This document shows positions 12,256 to 24,185 of a stretch of 64,000 bases of DNA, piece by piece. The DNA is from Penicillus capitatus (lineage: Eukaryota > Plantae > Chlorophyta). The stretch spans positions 169,201 to 233,200 of the forward strand of contig OZ287711.1 in assembly GCA_965649825.1 (NCBI GenBank), given 5' to 3'. The translations under genes were made by a program, and so were the position numbers. Every line of letters begins with the position of its first letter. Position 1 is the stretch's first letter. The notes under the pieces are model-generated. The model was not told where the DNA came from. It saw nothing but the letters and a program-made list of their open reading frames with translations, and ran no database searches.

Positions 12256-13980
12256 ATGCAAACATCTATGCCGCCAAATCCGACGCCGGAGGACTCGAAC
12301 CCTTCGAACGCGCCACCCCGTCCAGAACCGCCAGATACCCACGGCGGTGACTCGGAGCAACCCCTCCAGCCACCGCGACAGTCCTGGGCAGACTCAGTGG
12401 AAGCGGAATAGAGACGAGCGAGTCTAACACAGCCTCGAGCCGGAGATTACAAGATCACGCTTCGCCGCGTCTACGAAAAGCTTGTCACGATCAACAGTGA
12501 CGATACTACTCGCCCAGCACTGGAATCGGCCAAACTACTGGTTGAGGGTCTACTCTCCGGTGCGGAAATGGCAGACGCCATGCGCCCCGCAACCGTCCCG
12601 TCGCAGCATGCCGATGCCTATCCAACACTACGACAAAGTACCCTAACCGGACTGTCCTCCGGTCGCCCACCGCAATCGACCTACCTAAGCATTGCCCGCT
12701 CGAACTTGAGACCTGCCTCCAGACGTCCGCCCGAAGCGCTTCGGACTGGGACTGCCCCTATGACAGGAGTTCGTCGTGCTCCCTTCTCAGCAGCTGCCCG
12801 CGACAAACAAACAGCGTTGGACCGCCTACGCCGACTCCGCCCCCTAGCCCCGAATGCAAGCTGCCAGTTCTTTATGTCGCCCGTTGTGGAGGACGCATGC
12901 CGACCAGTCCCTAGCTACTTCCGGTTCAGAGAAGCGTGGGAAGCATGGGCAGCAGAAATTGGTGGTCGGATCGAGATGCTCCGCTCGATGCCGAGCGGTG
13001 ACTACTTGGTACAAGGCGACGATAATGTCATTCAGTGGATGCGTACGCACTATTACCCAGAAGTCAACTTTGTGGACTTTGGCTCCTGGCAGCCACGTCC
13101 ACAACCGACTGATCCTTCCCCCTCCGTGGTATTGGAAGGTGTTGATCTGGGCATGTCTCACAGAGAAATCATCAGAGAAATAAAGAAGAATGCGGCAATC
13201 CTTGAGATACCCGAATCGCAACTACAATCAGCAACACTCACCTTTTCCCGTTTCTTTCGGAAGCCTTTTGTGGGTTCGGGTGCTGAGCCCACCCTGAATG
13301 GACGACTGGTTGGCCCGGTATCGATCATTAGCGCTCTCAGACAGCGTCAAGGTTGCTTTCTGGGCACGATACCGATATATGCCAGAGCGTATTCAAGACC
13401 CACGAACAATACCACCGCGTACCAGCATGACAACGCAGGCACACCCAATGAAGACCATCGCGACAACCGTGACAAACGCACATCAACAGCCCGAGAGAAT
13501 GAAGAACAAGATCTCATGGCAACAGAGGAAAGAGAAGGTTATGAACAAGCGCTCCCACCTTCGGTGCGCCAGAAAACAACAGCGGACAATGAAACACGGC
13601 TACTCTCTCCCAGGAGGGACGACCCCTCCCGCAGAGAATGGCTGCAATCATTAACACTTCCCCCTCCGAATCTCTTAGCGTCGGCACCGCCGGCCACCGG
13701 AAAAGAAACACCAGAAGAGACGATAGAGGAGACGCCCGATACTGCAGGACTCAGAGCCCAAGAGACACTGCCAGACTCTGAAAACCCCTTCGAGGCTCTT
13801 TCGGCTGAGATTCAACAAGGACTGGACGACCTCTCCGATTTGCAGAGACGTCAAGCGGCGACTCCTAGCTTGACGCCACGAGACGTCCGATCCAAAGAAC
13901 CCCCGCCGTCCGGCCCTCGACGCAGCGAACGCCTTCGCCGCCAGCGCGAGCGACAAGAACAAGACAAACAACAACAATGA
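12256..13980 (+). pseudogene. LINE ORF1 with one premature TAG (12409-12411)
   Basis: ORFs 12109-12411 and 12568-13980 are in the same frame; SVVLEGVDLGMSHREIIREIK...ARAYSRP core; no CCHC knuckle visible. Confidence 0.8.
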
Positions 13981-14225
13981 CGGAGCACATACCACCGCGA
14001 TCACTCACGCACAAGCAATCTGCCACGCACCACTTCACCTGTGACCAATGTAACCTGGCTGGAAGACAAATCAGCATGGACGCACTTCAACTCTGGCTCC
14101 TGGAACAAAACCCAGACGTATTCATCTGCAGTGACCCCCCGTGGTTTCTGAGAACTCATGAATTCACATCGATGCGACACGCCTGGATTCGCTGTTCCAA
14201 AGACAAGGATGCCCTTGCGGGCATC

Positions 14226-17200
14226 TGTGAGCGACAGACGCTCGCGACAGAGACGGATGGGACATAATGATAGAAGATAAATTGTCGCGAAAAACGACAG
14301 AGCGTCCCTTTAAAAAAGTTCGCTAGGGTTTTGTGTTTCGCCGCGATTTTCGCGTTCGCGGTGCAAATAGCACATGGTTTCGGAGCGAGTTGTAACTGTA
14401 GTGGCCACTCTAGTAGCCACTACCCTCGGGAGACTCTTCGTCGGTTGGCTCTGGGAGCCGGCCGATAGTCCTAGAGGCGGCGACGAAGACTACTGCCCGG
14501 TCGATGAGGACGAAGAATTTATGTCGTCTCGTTGGGCGAACGCAAAATGGCTGCTTTGGGTGTTTAGCGCTTTGACGGTTATGACTATCCTCTCCATCGG
14601 AGGCGCACTGCTTGTTATATGGAGATGGAGACGGAAAGATTTATCTTTCGAGCCGGCGACCTGTAATCGTGAAGACGGAGTCGCGCTTGCACTATCGCAG
14701 CCATGGCCTTATGATTCAGAGCGCCGCGTCGGTAGGAACCGACGATTGAGCGAATGGACAGTCCGAACACATCGGCAGACTATCGCGAAGCTGGAATTTG
14801 AGATAGTGGACCCATTTCAACGGGTTAGAGCCTTGACAGCGCATTTCGATGAGACGACGCCATTCGGCGACTCAGTGACCGCCGATATTCGTTCGGTCTG
14901 TGTGGCATATACAGGAGGTGGCCCCTTACCTCCTAACACAAAGGGAGCAAGAGCTGAAGTTGCATCGCGCGGTGAGGAGATGTGGAAGGCTGTAGCCGCG
15001 CGCTTGGAGCGTCTGCATGGGGGAGTGGAGGACGTGCCAGACCGCGTGCAATACTTGGTTGAGTTGCGCCGCGGGGAGACCGAATCGGCCTTGGCCTTTG
15101 TCAACCGTTGCAGAGTCGTCTATTTCGGACAGTGTGAAGGAGTGAGCATGAGGCGCGCCATGAATGTGGTGATGGCGAAGCTCGAACCAGAGTTTGTAAG
15201 CTACCTCAGGAACAACGCGGATTACAATCTCCTCGATTTCGAAGAACTACAAGCCTTAGCAACTCGATACCACACGTGGAGTAATGTGAAGAGACCAAGA
15301 TCAGGTCACAGGCATCACATCGGGCACATCGGACAGGAGGAAGATTCCGTGGTCGATCCGTACAACGCAGATCTGGTCGATCCCGAAGATCCAGCGTATC
15401 AAGAACGCGAGGGCGAAGTTGTGAACATGACGAAGAAGATGGACGATACTGCCGGAAAATCAAAGCAGTTTCACGGACATTGTTTTAGATGCGGAAAATA
15501 CGGACATCGTAAACGCGATTGTAAGGAGAAGAGTGGTTCTGAGTATACCATGCCTTCGACGCATACGGCGACTAATGCGGCGACGATGAAGAGTTCTGCC
15601 GTTGAAGAGGGGCTCCCACTCTTGCATCTCACCGTCAATCTTGGTCAAACCCGGGATACTCAAAGGAAGACGCGGATGCTGGTCGATACTGGCGCTGCTC
15701 GCAGTGTGATACCTTTGCGCTTGGTTCGAAAGCAAGGGTGGCCCGTCGATCCCTCCGGAGCAAAGTCTCTCCAAGCCTTCAATGGTCAAGTGGAGAGGAC
15801 ATCGGGTGTGACGGACTTATGGACTACGATCGGCCGTGAGACTAGAAAGGTGCAATTTGAAGTCTCATCCTCAGCATCGCAGCCTTTGATTGGGAAACCA
15901 ACTCTCACTGCATTTGGTGCCATCATTGACTGTGTATCCGATGCATTACGCATTGAGAATGGGGAACTTATTCCATGCTCTGCGGTTAAGAGTCAAGTCG
16001 ACGTGGAATCCGAAGATCGACAAAGACGACCTGACAAAAATGATCTGGTGATACGGGAAGATGAGACTAGGACGGCAAAGCCATTCCGACGGGAGAACGC
16101 TGTTTTCTTACCCCTCGGCCGATCGTTAGTGCTCAAGCCGAAGGACATGACGACAGTGCAGTTGCCATATAGTGTCATGAACGGAGAAGTGCTCCTATCG
16201 GGTTCCGGAAATCTGCCGGCCGGAATAGCCGTCATCGGAGCCACGAGACAGCGAGGGGTACCTTTGAAAGTTCATTTCATCAATCTTTCAAGCGAACCCC
16301 AGCAACTGGGAGCAAAGAACGGAGCCGTCGGCTTTCTAGTCCCCCAAGAGACGTCAGTGTTCCTTCACCGAGTGTCAGGAGAGATAGTTCCCATTGAACG
16401 CAATCGCCCAGCAAAGCGGGCGGTTATCGCCACCTGTACGGTCATGGAAGAGCTGCAGAAGAAGTTTCCGGAGGTGCTTCGCGACGGCATCGGGATGACG
16501 ACCCACTATGCAGTCACAGATGCAGGATTGCGCGAAAATGTCGATTGGAGCCGACTTAAGCTGAGATTTCATTCGCAAGCAGAGTGTGACAAAATGCGAC
16601 CGATGGTAAGAGATCTCCTTGACCTAGACGTTATCGAGACGGTCAAGACCCGGCCAACAGTTGTCACCCCGATGATCATAGTGACGTCCCCAAACGGGAA
16701 GTCCCGTTTGGTCCATGATTTTCGTCTATTGAATGCAGCTTCGCTCGCACTACAAGCCAACGCTTTAGACAGAATGAAGACAATCGAATCAGTACCTGAA
16801 CGAGAGGTTTGGAGTACAATTGACCTGGCGAAGGGATATATGCAGATACCTCTCGATGAGTCAATTCGACAGTATTTCGGTTTCGAGCTGCAAGGTCAAT
16901 GGTACAGATTTAAGCGAGTACCGTTCGGTTGGATTCATTCGGGGACGCATTTCACGACGGCTCTCAACATGACGATGGCCGAAATAGCTCCAAAGTTGCC
17001 TCCGGATGCAGTGATTCGAGCCTATGTTGACGACATATTACTGGGTACCCAGACCGAGGAATCTCATGATACTGGGGGTGATTTTTCAGGCCTTATCGGC
17101 TCACGGATGGTGTTGCAACCCGCAGAAAATCCGTTTAAAACGTCCGGCTGTCGAGTTCCTCGGGATTGAGATCGGGCGCGACGGCCTCCGACCATCCTCG

Positions 17201-18987
17201 GGCCTCATTAAAAAGCTCTCAGACCTCTGTATACCGAACAACACAAAAGAGTTGCGGGTCGTGTTTGGTCTGTTGAACCAACTGGTCAGATTCCAAGGTC
17301 ATCAGCATGCCATCGTCGCCCCGCTGCGACAGTATCAAGGAAAGCCTCCGGATGCCTTCAGAACAGAAGAGTTTCGCAGAGTGTGGAATGAAGTAATAAA
17401 GAGGACCCAGACTGAGTGGCATGTGCTTAGCTTCCCCCAAAAGAATGGGAAGTGGACCGTGATTTCTGATGCTAGCTCAACGGGGTATGGGGCTGTTCTT
17501 TTATCGGATGACAAACCTGTGGCGATGTTCAGCAAGTCTTCGTCGAAGACTTGGGCACATTCCAGCGAGGCAGAAATCGACGCTATCTTGCTGGCCCTCC
17601 GTGCGTTTGAGGGCTACATCGCACACTGCCCCGTCGAGGTGTACACCGACAACTGGGCAGCCTTTCGCGCCATGTCTCCTGACAATTGCAGCCCGATTGT
17701 CCTCCGCAGACTGGATCAGATTTTGCAGTTTAACCCGAGTGTCAAGTTCATCCCAGGCGTTGAGAACACTGCTGCGGACCTTCTGTCACGATCCACCTAT
17801 CTCCAACGAAGGATACACGCAATCGATTCCCCCGAGGTTCCGACGGAAAAGATACCGACATTGACACTAGAGCGCAGAAGGTTCATTGAGGACGTACACA
17901 ACCGAGGCCATGTAGGACCCGCCGCAGTCGCGGATGAGCTTCGCCGGCGAGGGAAGTCATACAAGGGAATGTTCAAGGACATTAGGACTATTCTCAAGTC
18001 TTGTGATGCTTGCCAGAAGTGGCAGAAGCGAGTCCCACAGGAGTCATTTGGTTCCGTTGAAGCCATTCGCCCCGCTCAAGTCGTGGGGATCGATTTTATG
18101 GGACCGTTCCCGGCACAGAGCCGAAGCGCTGGAGGATACGTCGGGGTGGCGATTGACGGATTAACCCGTTTCGTAGAAACAGTGATTGTGCCGGACACTA
18201 GCATCCGATCCGTGATGAAGCTCGTTCGACATTGGATCAATCGACATTCGACTCCGGAAACGATCATATCAGATGCTGGAGCCGCGCTGCGTTCGAGCGA
18301 ATTCAGTAATTTCTGTGGCAGAAATCAGATTCGACATGTGATGGCCGCCCCTCATCACCAAGCTTCGAACGGACTAGTGGAACGTGCGATCCAGACCATT
18401 CTACGTAGGATAAGGAGAATGATGAGCACGAGCAACTCGCCCTGGCGCCGTTCGATTTCCGAAGCTGTGGGTATATACAACACTACAAAACATTCCGTGA
18501 CTGGATATAGGCCGAAAGAGCTTATGTTCGGATTGGGACAGTCGGAAGGGAATCCGGGTATGGCATTGGATAAAGCCCGACAACAAGCTGTGGTTCGTAC
18601 GCGACAACAGAGGGCATATCGAAATAGCCGTCGACAAGGGAGGCGCCAGATTCCGTTAGAGATCGGATCCGAGGTGTTGATTTACCTTCACAAGGGACGT
18701 CGCAAACTGGATCCCTGGTGGAGCGGTCCGCACGTCATCACCGCTCGCCTCTCCTCCCGACGATACTTGGTTTCTAAGAATGGAAGAAGCCAAGTAGTGC
18801 ATGGCGACGACTTAGTGAAGTATTGGCGCAGGGAAGCGTGTGAGCGACAGACGCTCGCGACAGAGACGGATGGGACATAATGATAGAAGATAAATTGTCG
18901 CGAAAAACGACAGAGCGTCCCTTTAAAAAAGTTCGCTAGGGTTTTGTGTTTCGCCGCGATTTTCGCGTTCGCGGTGCACATAGCACA
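14226..18987 (+). mobile_element. Young Ty3/Gypsy LTR retrotransposon B
   Basis: 149-bp LTRs 14226-14374 and 18839-18987 with 1 mismatch; 5-bp TSD GCATC; PBS TGGTTTCGGAGC (14375-14386); PPT GCAGGGAAGCG (18828-18838); domain order PR-RT-RH-IN. Confidence 0.96.
14374..18880 (+). CDS. Element B single Gag-Pol polyprotein: TM-anchored Gag, CCHC, protease, dUTPase-like insert, RT, RNase H, integrase; one frameshift near 17065
   Basis: WLLWVFSALTVMTILSIGGALLVIWRWRRK; CFRCGKYGHRKRDC; LVDTGAARS; YVDD; DASSTGYGAVL; HNRGH..CDAC; GIDFMG/SDAG/NGLVE; WSGPH. The frame changes just after YVDD. Confidence 0.9.
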
Positions 18988-21900
18988 GCATCTTCATTCG
19001 ATCAAACATTAGTCATCAACTCCTACCCCTTCCGACCCCCTCCGACAGGGTCTTGGCCATTTCACTGAACACAAAGATAGGTGAAATGGTAATCATTGCA
19101 TGCTACATACAGCACACAAGTGGCGCGGGTCTCTAAGCTCTGGATAGCGCTATCCGAATGGCAAAAAGTCGAACCTCACTGGTGCTCATAGGTGGCGACC
19201 TCAATGGACATTCGCCACTTTGGGGAGACCAGAACACAAACCCATTGGGAGCCCAGATAGAGGATCTAATCGGGGCCTTAGGGCTGATAGTTCTCAACAT
19301 GCCGGACAGCATCGCAACCTTTCAGAACAGCAGAGGACACAGCAGCTGGATAGATGTCACCCTGGGCACCCAGCACCTAGCCGAACTACTAGAAGCTCAC
19401 GAAGTGCTACCGGATGCTCTTCCTTCGGACCACAACCTCCTTCGCACAACACTCAACCTCGAAAGCAAACATATCCCAACGCGGGGAGTATGGACCTGGG
19501 ACCAGACGGATTGGCCAACCTTCGCAGTCCGCCTCGAAGAACGCCTCCCGAACTGGCTGAAGACTCAGAGTCTTGACTCTCCGAAGCTGATAGAAGAGAG
19601 TGTCACTCTCCTTTCAAAAGCCATCAGACAAACACGCTCTGAGCTGGTGACTTACCGACACCTCCGCTCTAAGCCAAAACCGTGGTTTACACCTGCAGTG
19701 AGGATACAGCACCGGGCCCTCCGGAAAGCCAAAAATGCACTGCACAAGGCACAGAGAAGAGCAGTCAATGGACAAGCGCCACCACAAGTCGCCACAACAT
19801 ATAAAAAAGCACGGCTCAAGTTTGAAGTCACGGTTAAAAATGCGAAGGATCAATGTTTCACAGACTTCTGCAAGCAAATTCGCCCACATGTGGACATGTG
19901 GGATAAATTCCGACAAATCTGTGGCACACGCCGCATCGAGTCAGTCCCGGCTCTCAGCACCGACGAACAAACGGTCAGTGATCCAGGAGACAAAGCCGAC
20001 CTTCTGCTCCACACCTTCTTTCCTGGAGCCACTACAACATCTCCTGGCACACCCGAGGTGTCCCAACCATGGGAACGTCCAATCCTCAACTCCCCTGTGG
20101 AACTCATCACCTCACAAGAAGTGCAAAACACGATCTCCTATGCACGCCGCACGGCACCTGGAAGCGATGAAATACCAGTGATCTGCTGGCAGGCCTGCTC
20201 CTCGTTCCTGGTCCCGATACTACAGCGAATCTACAATGCCTGCCTGCAGTGTAACTACTATCCCAGTCAGTGGCGTCACGCACAAGTCCTTCCCTTACCC
20301 AAAGGAACGAAGAATCGCTCGCATCCAAGCTCCTGGAGACCGATTAGTCTGCTGTGTAATGCAGGCAAGTTCATGGAAAAGATTATCCAACGTCGGCTTT
20401 CGCTATTCCCGGAACGCACAAAGGCACTTAGCGAGGCACAACACGGCTTCCGACGGAATCACTCCACTGAATCGGCCCTCTCGGTCCTCGCCGAAGACAC
20501 CACTCGAGCCTTCAGTCGACGGAAACAAATCGTCGCTGTCAGCCTGGACATATCCAAAGCCTTCGACTCAGTCTCGCACTCACTACTTCTACAACGCATG
20601 TCAGACCTGGCAGCACCGCAGTATATAACAAAGTTCCTTTGCTCGTTCTTGACACAGCGAAGCGCCACATTGACATTGGATGGAACCTCAAGACACGTCA
20701 CTGTCCCGCAAGGAGTACCCCAAGGCTCCAGCCTATCGCCGACCATCTTCTCGATCTACATGGACACGCTCGCAAACGTTATTCGACCTCCGGTGCGACT
20801 ACTGATGTATGCCGATGACTGCTTGCTGTATCAAGAAATCGGCCGTGAGCAGACAGACTGTGCGCCTTTGCAAACAGCACTAGCTCATACGATCCACTGG
20901 GGCGTCACTTGGAGCCTGTCCTTCAATCCGACAAAATCCCAACTCTGCCGCTTCAGCAGACTGCGTCGCACGAATCCCGTCGAACTGCACCAAGGCCCCC
21001 GCCTCCTCCGTGAACAACCAATAATCAGATATCTCGGGCTAGACATTGATACAGCATGGACATTCATCGGACATCTCAAGAACAAGAAAACTATCTGTCA
21101 ACGACGACTAGCCCAGATACGTCGTCTCAGTCATAGCCTCTGGGGTTCCTCTCCGTGGGTAACAAAGAGACTGATGGACGCATGCATCCTCCCAGTATGC
21201 CTATACGGCTCTTCGATCTATGACCCGATTTCCCGAGGTCGCTCATCACGCCTCCAAATCCTTCGCTCCGTCTATAGGACCGGAGGCATTTACATCACTG
21301 GAGCACACCGCACAACGCCCACGTGCTCGGTACTGCAGCTTGCTGGACTTCATCCACCCGAGGTCGACATCTTAGACCGTCTCACAAACTCCAAACATCT
21401 GTGGCCCTCACCTACAAGGCCTGCAGGGAGCAAACCGCGCTACATCTCGCCAGCAGAGCACCATGCTACGACCTTCGCACGCATAGCCGCTCAGGACTGG
21501 ATATCAGCGGACGTGCAACGTCTACTCCGAGAAAACATCGAACAAGGAAGACGCAGTCAGCTAGTCCAAGCCGCCCGCAAAGCTTACCTCACGACGCTCG
21601 TTTGCGACATCTGGAATACAGACTCCAAAGGACAAGCGCTGAAGAAAACGGGATGGTCTACAATGTCAAGCCTGGAGCAATCTTGGTTGAAACAGTTTTC
21701 AAGACCCAGTGTCACACGGCTCACACGCTTCCTCTCAGGACACTTTCCCATGAAGACATACCTAGCACGATTTCACTGCCTAGAAGAAAGCACCTCGTTA
21801 TGCTGTCGGTTTGGATGTGACCAAGAAGAAACGCGAGAACATCTTCTTAGCTGCCCGCAGCTGACCAACCTTAGAAACAAGACAATCGGGGCTGCGAATT

Positions 21901-22682
21901 TTCCCCAAACATTGTCAATTAACTATCTTTTGCAACTTGACAATTACCTGGCAGAATCCAAAATTACCTGAATTCCCCTTTCTCTGTAGTCAGTAAGAAC
22001 CATGGGATATACCTCAGTGTGAACCCCATGTAAAAATCACAATTAGAGAGAGATCTTGACGTCATGCTCGGATATAAAACGGGGGGCTGAAAGAAACTGA
22101 ACGCTTATCTTTAAAAAACAATCGTTCTCGTTTGCATACGACCGAACTCACGAATCGATATCTCAAAATCTCAGGCCTACTACGTATCAGTAGGTTCTCT
22201 ATGAATTCCCTCCACCTGATTATCCAAACATAGACCCGCGGCCAGTACACCACCGATTCCAGGAGACTCCGGGATATTCGAAGAATATTCCTTGTTGTTA
22301 CTTACAATAGGCCCGCGGCCTTGATGTGACATCACTAAACCCTACCCTATATAAGCATTGTGGATGTACAGTTCTTGTCTTTCGCTGTCTAAGATCTTGC
22401 GTTCCAGAGTTTACGATCTCTTACGATTTAAATCAGCTCCATCAAACACCCTACGCAAACACGGAAGGGTATGCAACGGAGAACCATATGCAAGGGTAAC
22501 GATGAAGTCGAACAAACTCTTAATTTAGCTCGGCAGAAGACAGGAAGCTGCCTCTTCATTAATTTAATAAATTCTCCTTTAGTCAGCTATAAATTCAGCG
22601 ATGCGTTACGGTTTTCGTCATTTTTCGCGTGTTCATAAAACGCCGAATACCACTTCGTTGTTAGCGCTTTGCTGTCTTTGAG

Positions 22683-24107
22683 GTGATGGATCATTCAATG
22701 CGTTCCGCGGTTATTCTAACGGGCTTGCAAAACGCGGTGATGATGCGGGGGTTCTATCACGATCTTCTCAGTGATGTGAGGAGGGTTCTGCAAGACTTAT
22801 TTGAACCTTATGTGGAAGGCGCGCGTTTCCCGGAACCTTTTAGAATAACAGCTACGGAGTGGTGGTACCCAAGGGTTTTGACGGTATTGCGGCGCCTGAG
22901 AGAATGGGGACGGCAGGGAGATGATGTTCATCGCATAGATGTACAGCTGGCTGCAGAGGGCAGACGTCATTATCGCACGTGGGCGGAATTTGCTCACGAG
23001 TGGCGCAATGAAATGGAGAGAAACCGCTTGGTGGAGCCCGCTGACGGAGTTGCTTACGAAAGTATTCTGAGCTTTGTACAGAGGATACAGCAGCTGCAGG
23101 CAACGACAAGAGACATTGGACGAGAAGGGACAGCTGCGGCCAGGCGCCAGTTGGCGAACGATTTTATAAGAATGACGGTGGCCAATGCTCCCGAATATCC
23201 TCCGCCTGCCGAAATCGTGGAAGGACCTGTCGCCCCGGCTGGACCAAACGGACACGAAGACGAAGGTTTCGCTGACGGCGTGGAAGGGCATGAAGACGAC
23301 GCGGCAGAAGAAGAACCGGCAGAGGGAGTTCCGGCGGGGCCAGTCGTGCAGGGACGTCCGCTCATAGTTGTAGGACGCACGCCTGAACAGCTGGAGAGTC
23401 AGGCCAGTAACGTACCGCACACTGTGCAGCCGGAGACGGAGACGGAGACGGAGACGGAGGGCGTGCCCATGGAGACGCACACGGTGCAGCCGGGAGAGGA
23501 GACGGAGACGCACACGGTGCAGCCGGGAGAGGAGACGGAGACGGAGACAGTGCAGCCGGGAGATGAGACGGAGACGGAGACAGTGCAGCCGGAGACGGAG
23601 ACGGAAGGCGTGCCCATGGAGACGCATACGGTGCAGCCGGGAGATGAGACGGAGACGGAGACAGTGCAGCCGGAGACAGAGACGGAAGGCGTGCCCATGG
23701 AGACGCACACGGTGCAGCCGGGAGCGGAGACGGAGACGGTGCAGCAGGAGCGCGTGCCCATGGAGACGCACACGGTGCAGCCGGGAGCGGAGACGGAGAC
23801 GGTGCAGCCGGAGACGGTGCAGCCGGAGACAGAGACGGAGGGCGTGCCCATGGAGACGCACACGGTGCAACCGGAAGCGGAGACGGTGACGGAGACGGTG
23901 ACCAAGCGAGACCGCCGTCGCAGGAGGCCTACTTTTGCGGAAGAAGATGTTCGGGCAAAGAAGGCCAGAACGGCGTACAATCTTCGGAGCACGCCGGCTC
24001 GAGACGAACGGCTGAAGAAGTTAAAGAATGAGGAAGATTCAAAACGGAAGGTCGACAAAGAGGCGGGGGGTTCATCTGGGAGCCCCCGGAAAAGGTCCAG
24101 AAGATAG
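22683..24107 (+). CDS. Intronless orphan protein (474 aa): helical N-domain, acidic modular repeat, basic NLS-like tail
   Basis: Long uninterrupted ORF; repeat modules HTVQP/ETETE/GVPMET; C-terminal KRDRRRRR...YNLRS...RKRSRR. No family recognised. Confidence 0.65.
   Translation: MMDHSMRSAVILTGLQNAVMMRGFYHDLLSDVRRVLQDLFEPYVEGARFPEPFRITATEWWYPRVLTVLRRLREWGRQGDDVHRIDVQLAAEGRRHYRTWAEFAHEWRNEMERNRLVEPADGVAYESILSFVQRIQQLQATTRDIGREGTAAARRQLANDFIRMTVANAPEYPPPAEIVEGPVAPAGPNGHEDEGFADGVEGHEDDAAEEEPAEGVPAGPVVQGRPLIVVGRTPEQLESQASNVPHTVQPETETETETEGVPMETHTVQPGEETETHTVQPGEETETETVQPGDETETETVQPETETEGVPMETHTVQPGDETETETVQPETETEGVPMETHTVQPGAETETVQQERVPMETHTVQPGAETETVQPETVQPETETEGVPMETHTVQPEAETVTETVTKRDRRRRRPTFAEEDVRAKKARTAYNLRSTPARDERLKKLKNEEDSKRKVDKEAGGSSGSPRKRSRR
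23419..23900 (+). repeat. Combinatorial coding minisatellite (HTVQP, G[EDA]E, ETETE, GVPMET modules)
   Basis: Recurring CACACGGTGCAGCCG, GAGACGGAGACG and GGCGTGCCCATG modules in varying order, always in frame. Confidence 0.9.
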
Positions 24108-24185
24108 GTGACCGATAGAGTGGTTTGGAAAGCGGGTACGGTTTTGCTGATGGATGTATCGGTGTGTTTGCGTTGGAGGCGGAAC

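Larger units (their letters stand above)
13977..21971 (+). pseudogene. LINE ORF2 (APE endonuclease, reverse transcriptase, C-terminal CCHC), split by the LTR insertion; premature TAA at 19134-19136
   Basis: APE motifs QCNL, SDPP, GGDLNGH, SWIDVT, SDHN; RT motifs WRPISLL, QHGFR, LDISKAFD, GVPQGS, YADD; C-terminal CRFGCDQEETREHLLSC. Confidence 0.93.
12241..22049 (+). mobile_element. Near full-length LINE (APE-RT-CCHC; I/R1/Tad1-like), interrupted by element B
   Basis: 15-bp TSD GAGATCTTGACGTCA (12226-12240, 22050-22064); short (AG)n tail; ORF1 and ORF2 overlap at ATGA (13977-13980). Confidence 0.93.

Noticed and set aside
17055-17080. Programmed frameshift in element B
   Set aside because: It lies inside RT just after YVDD rather than at a gag/pol boundary, with no clear slippery heptamer; more likely a disabling indel or sequencing error.
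8962-19136. Alternative genetic code (TAA/TAG = Gln), suggested by four in-frame TAR stops in TE ORFs (8962, 11221, 12409, 19134)
   Set aside because: Host genes end in TAA/TAG at conserved C-termini (MCCB GVFRM-TAA, COX7a-like TAG), and 900-1000-aa Gln-containing ORFs have no TAR codons. Ordinary nonsense mutations explain the stops.
22797-23870. 357-aa His/Arg/Leu-rich minus-strand ORF
   Set aside because: Antisense shadow of the repeat inside the 474-aa plus-strand ORF.
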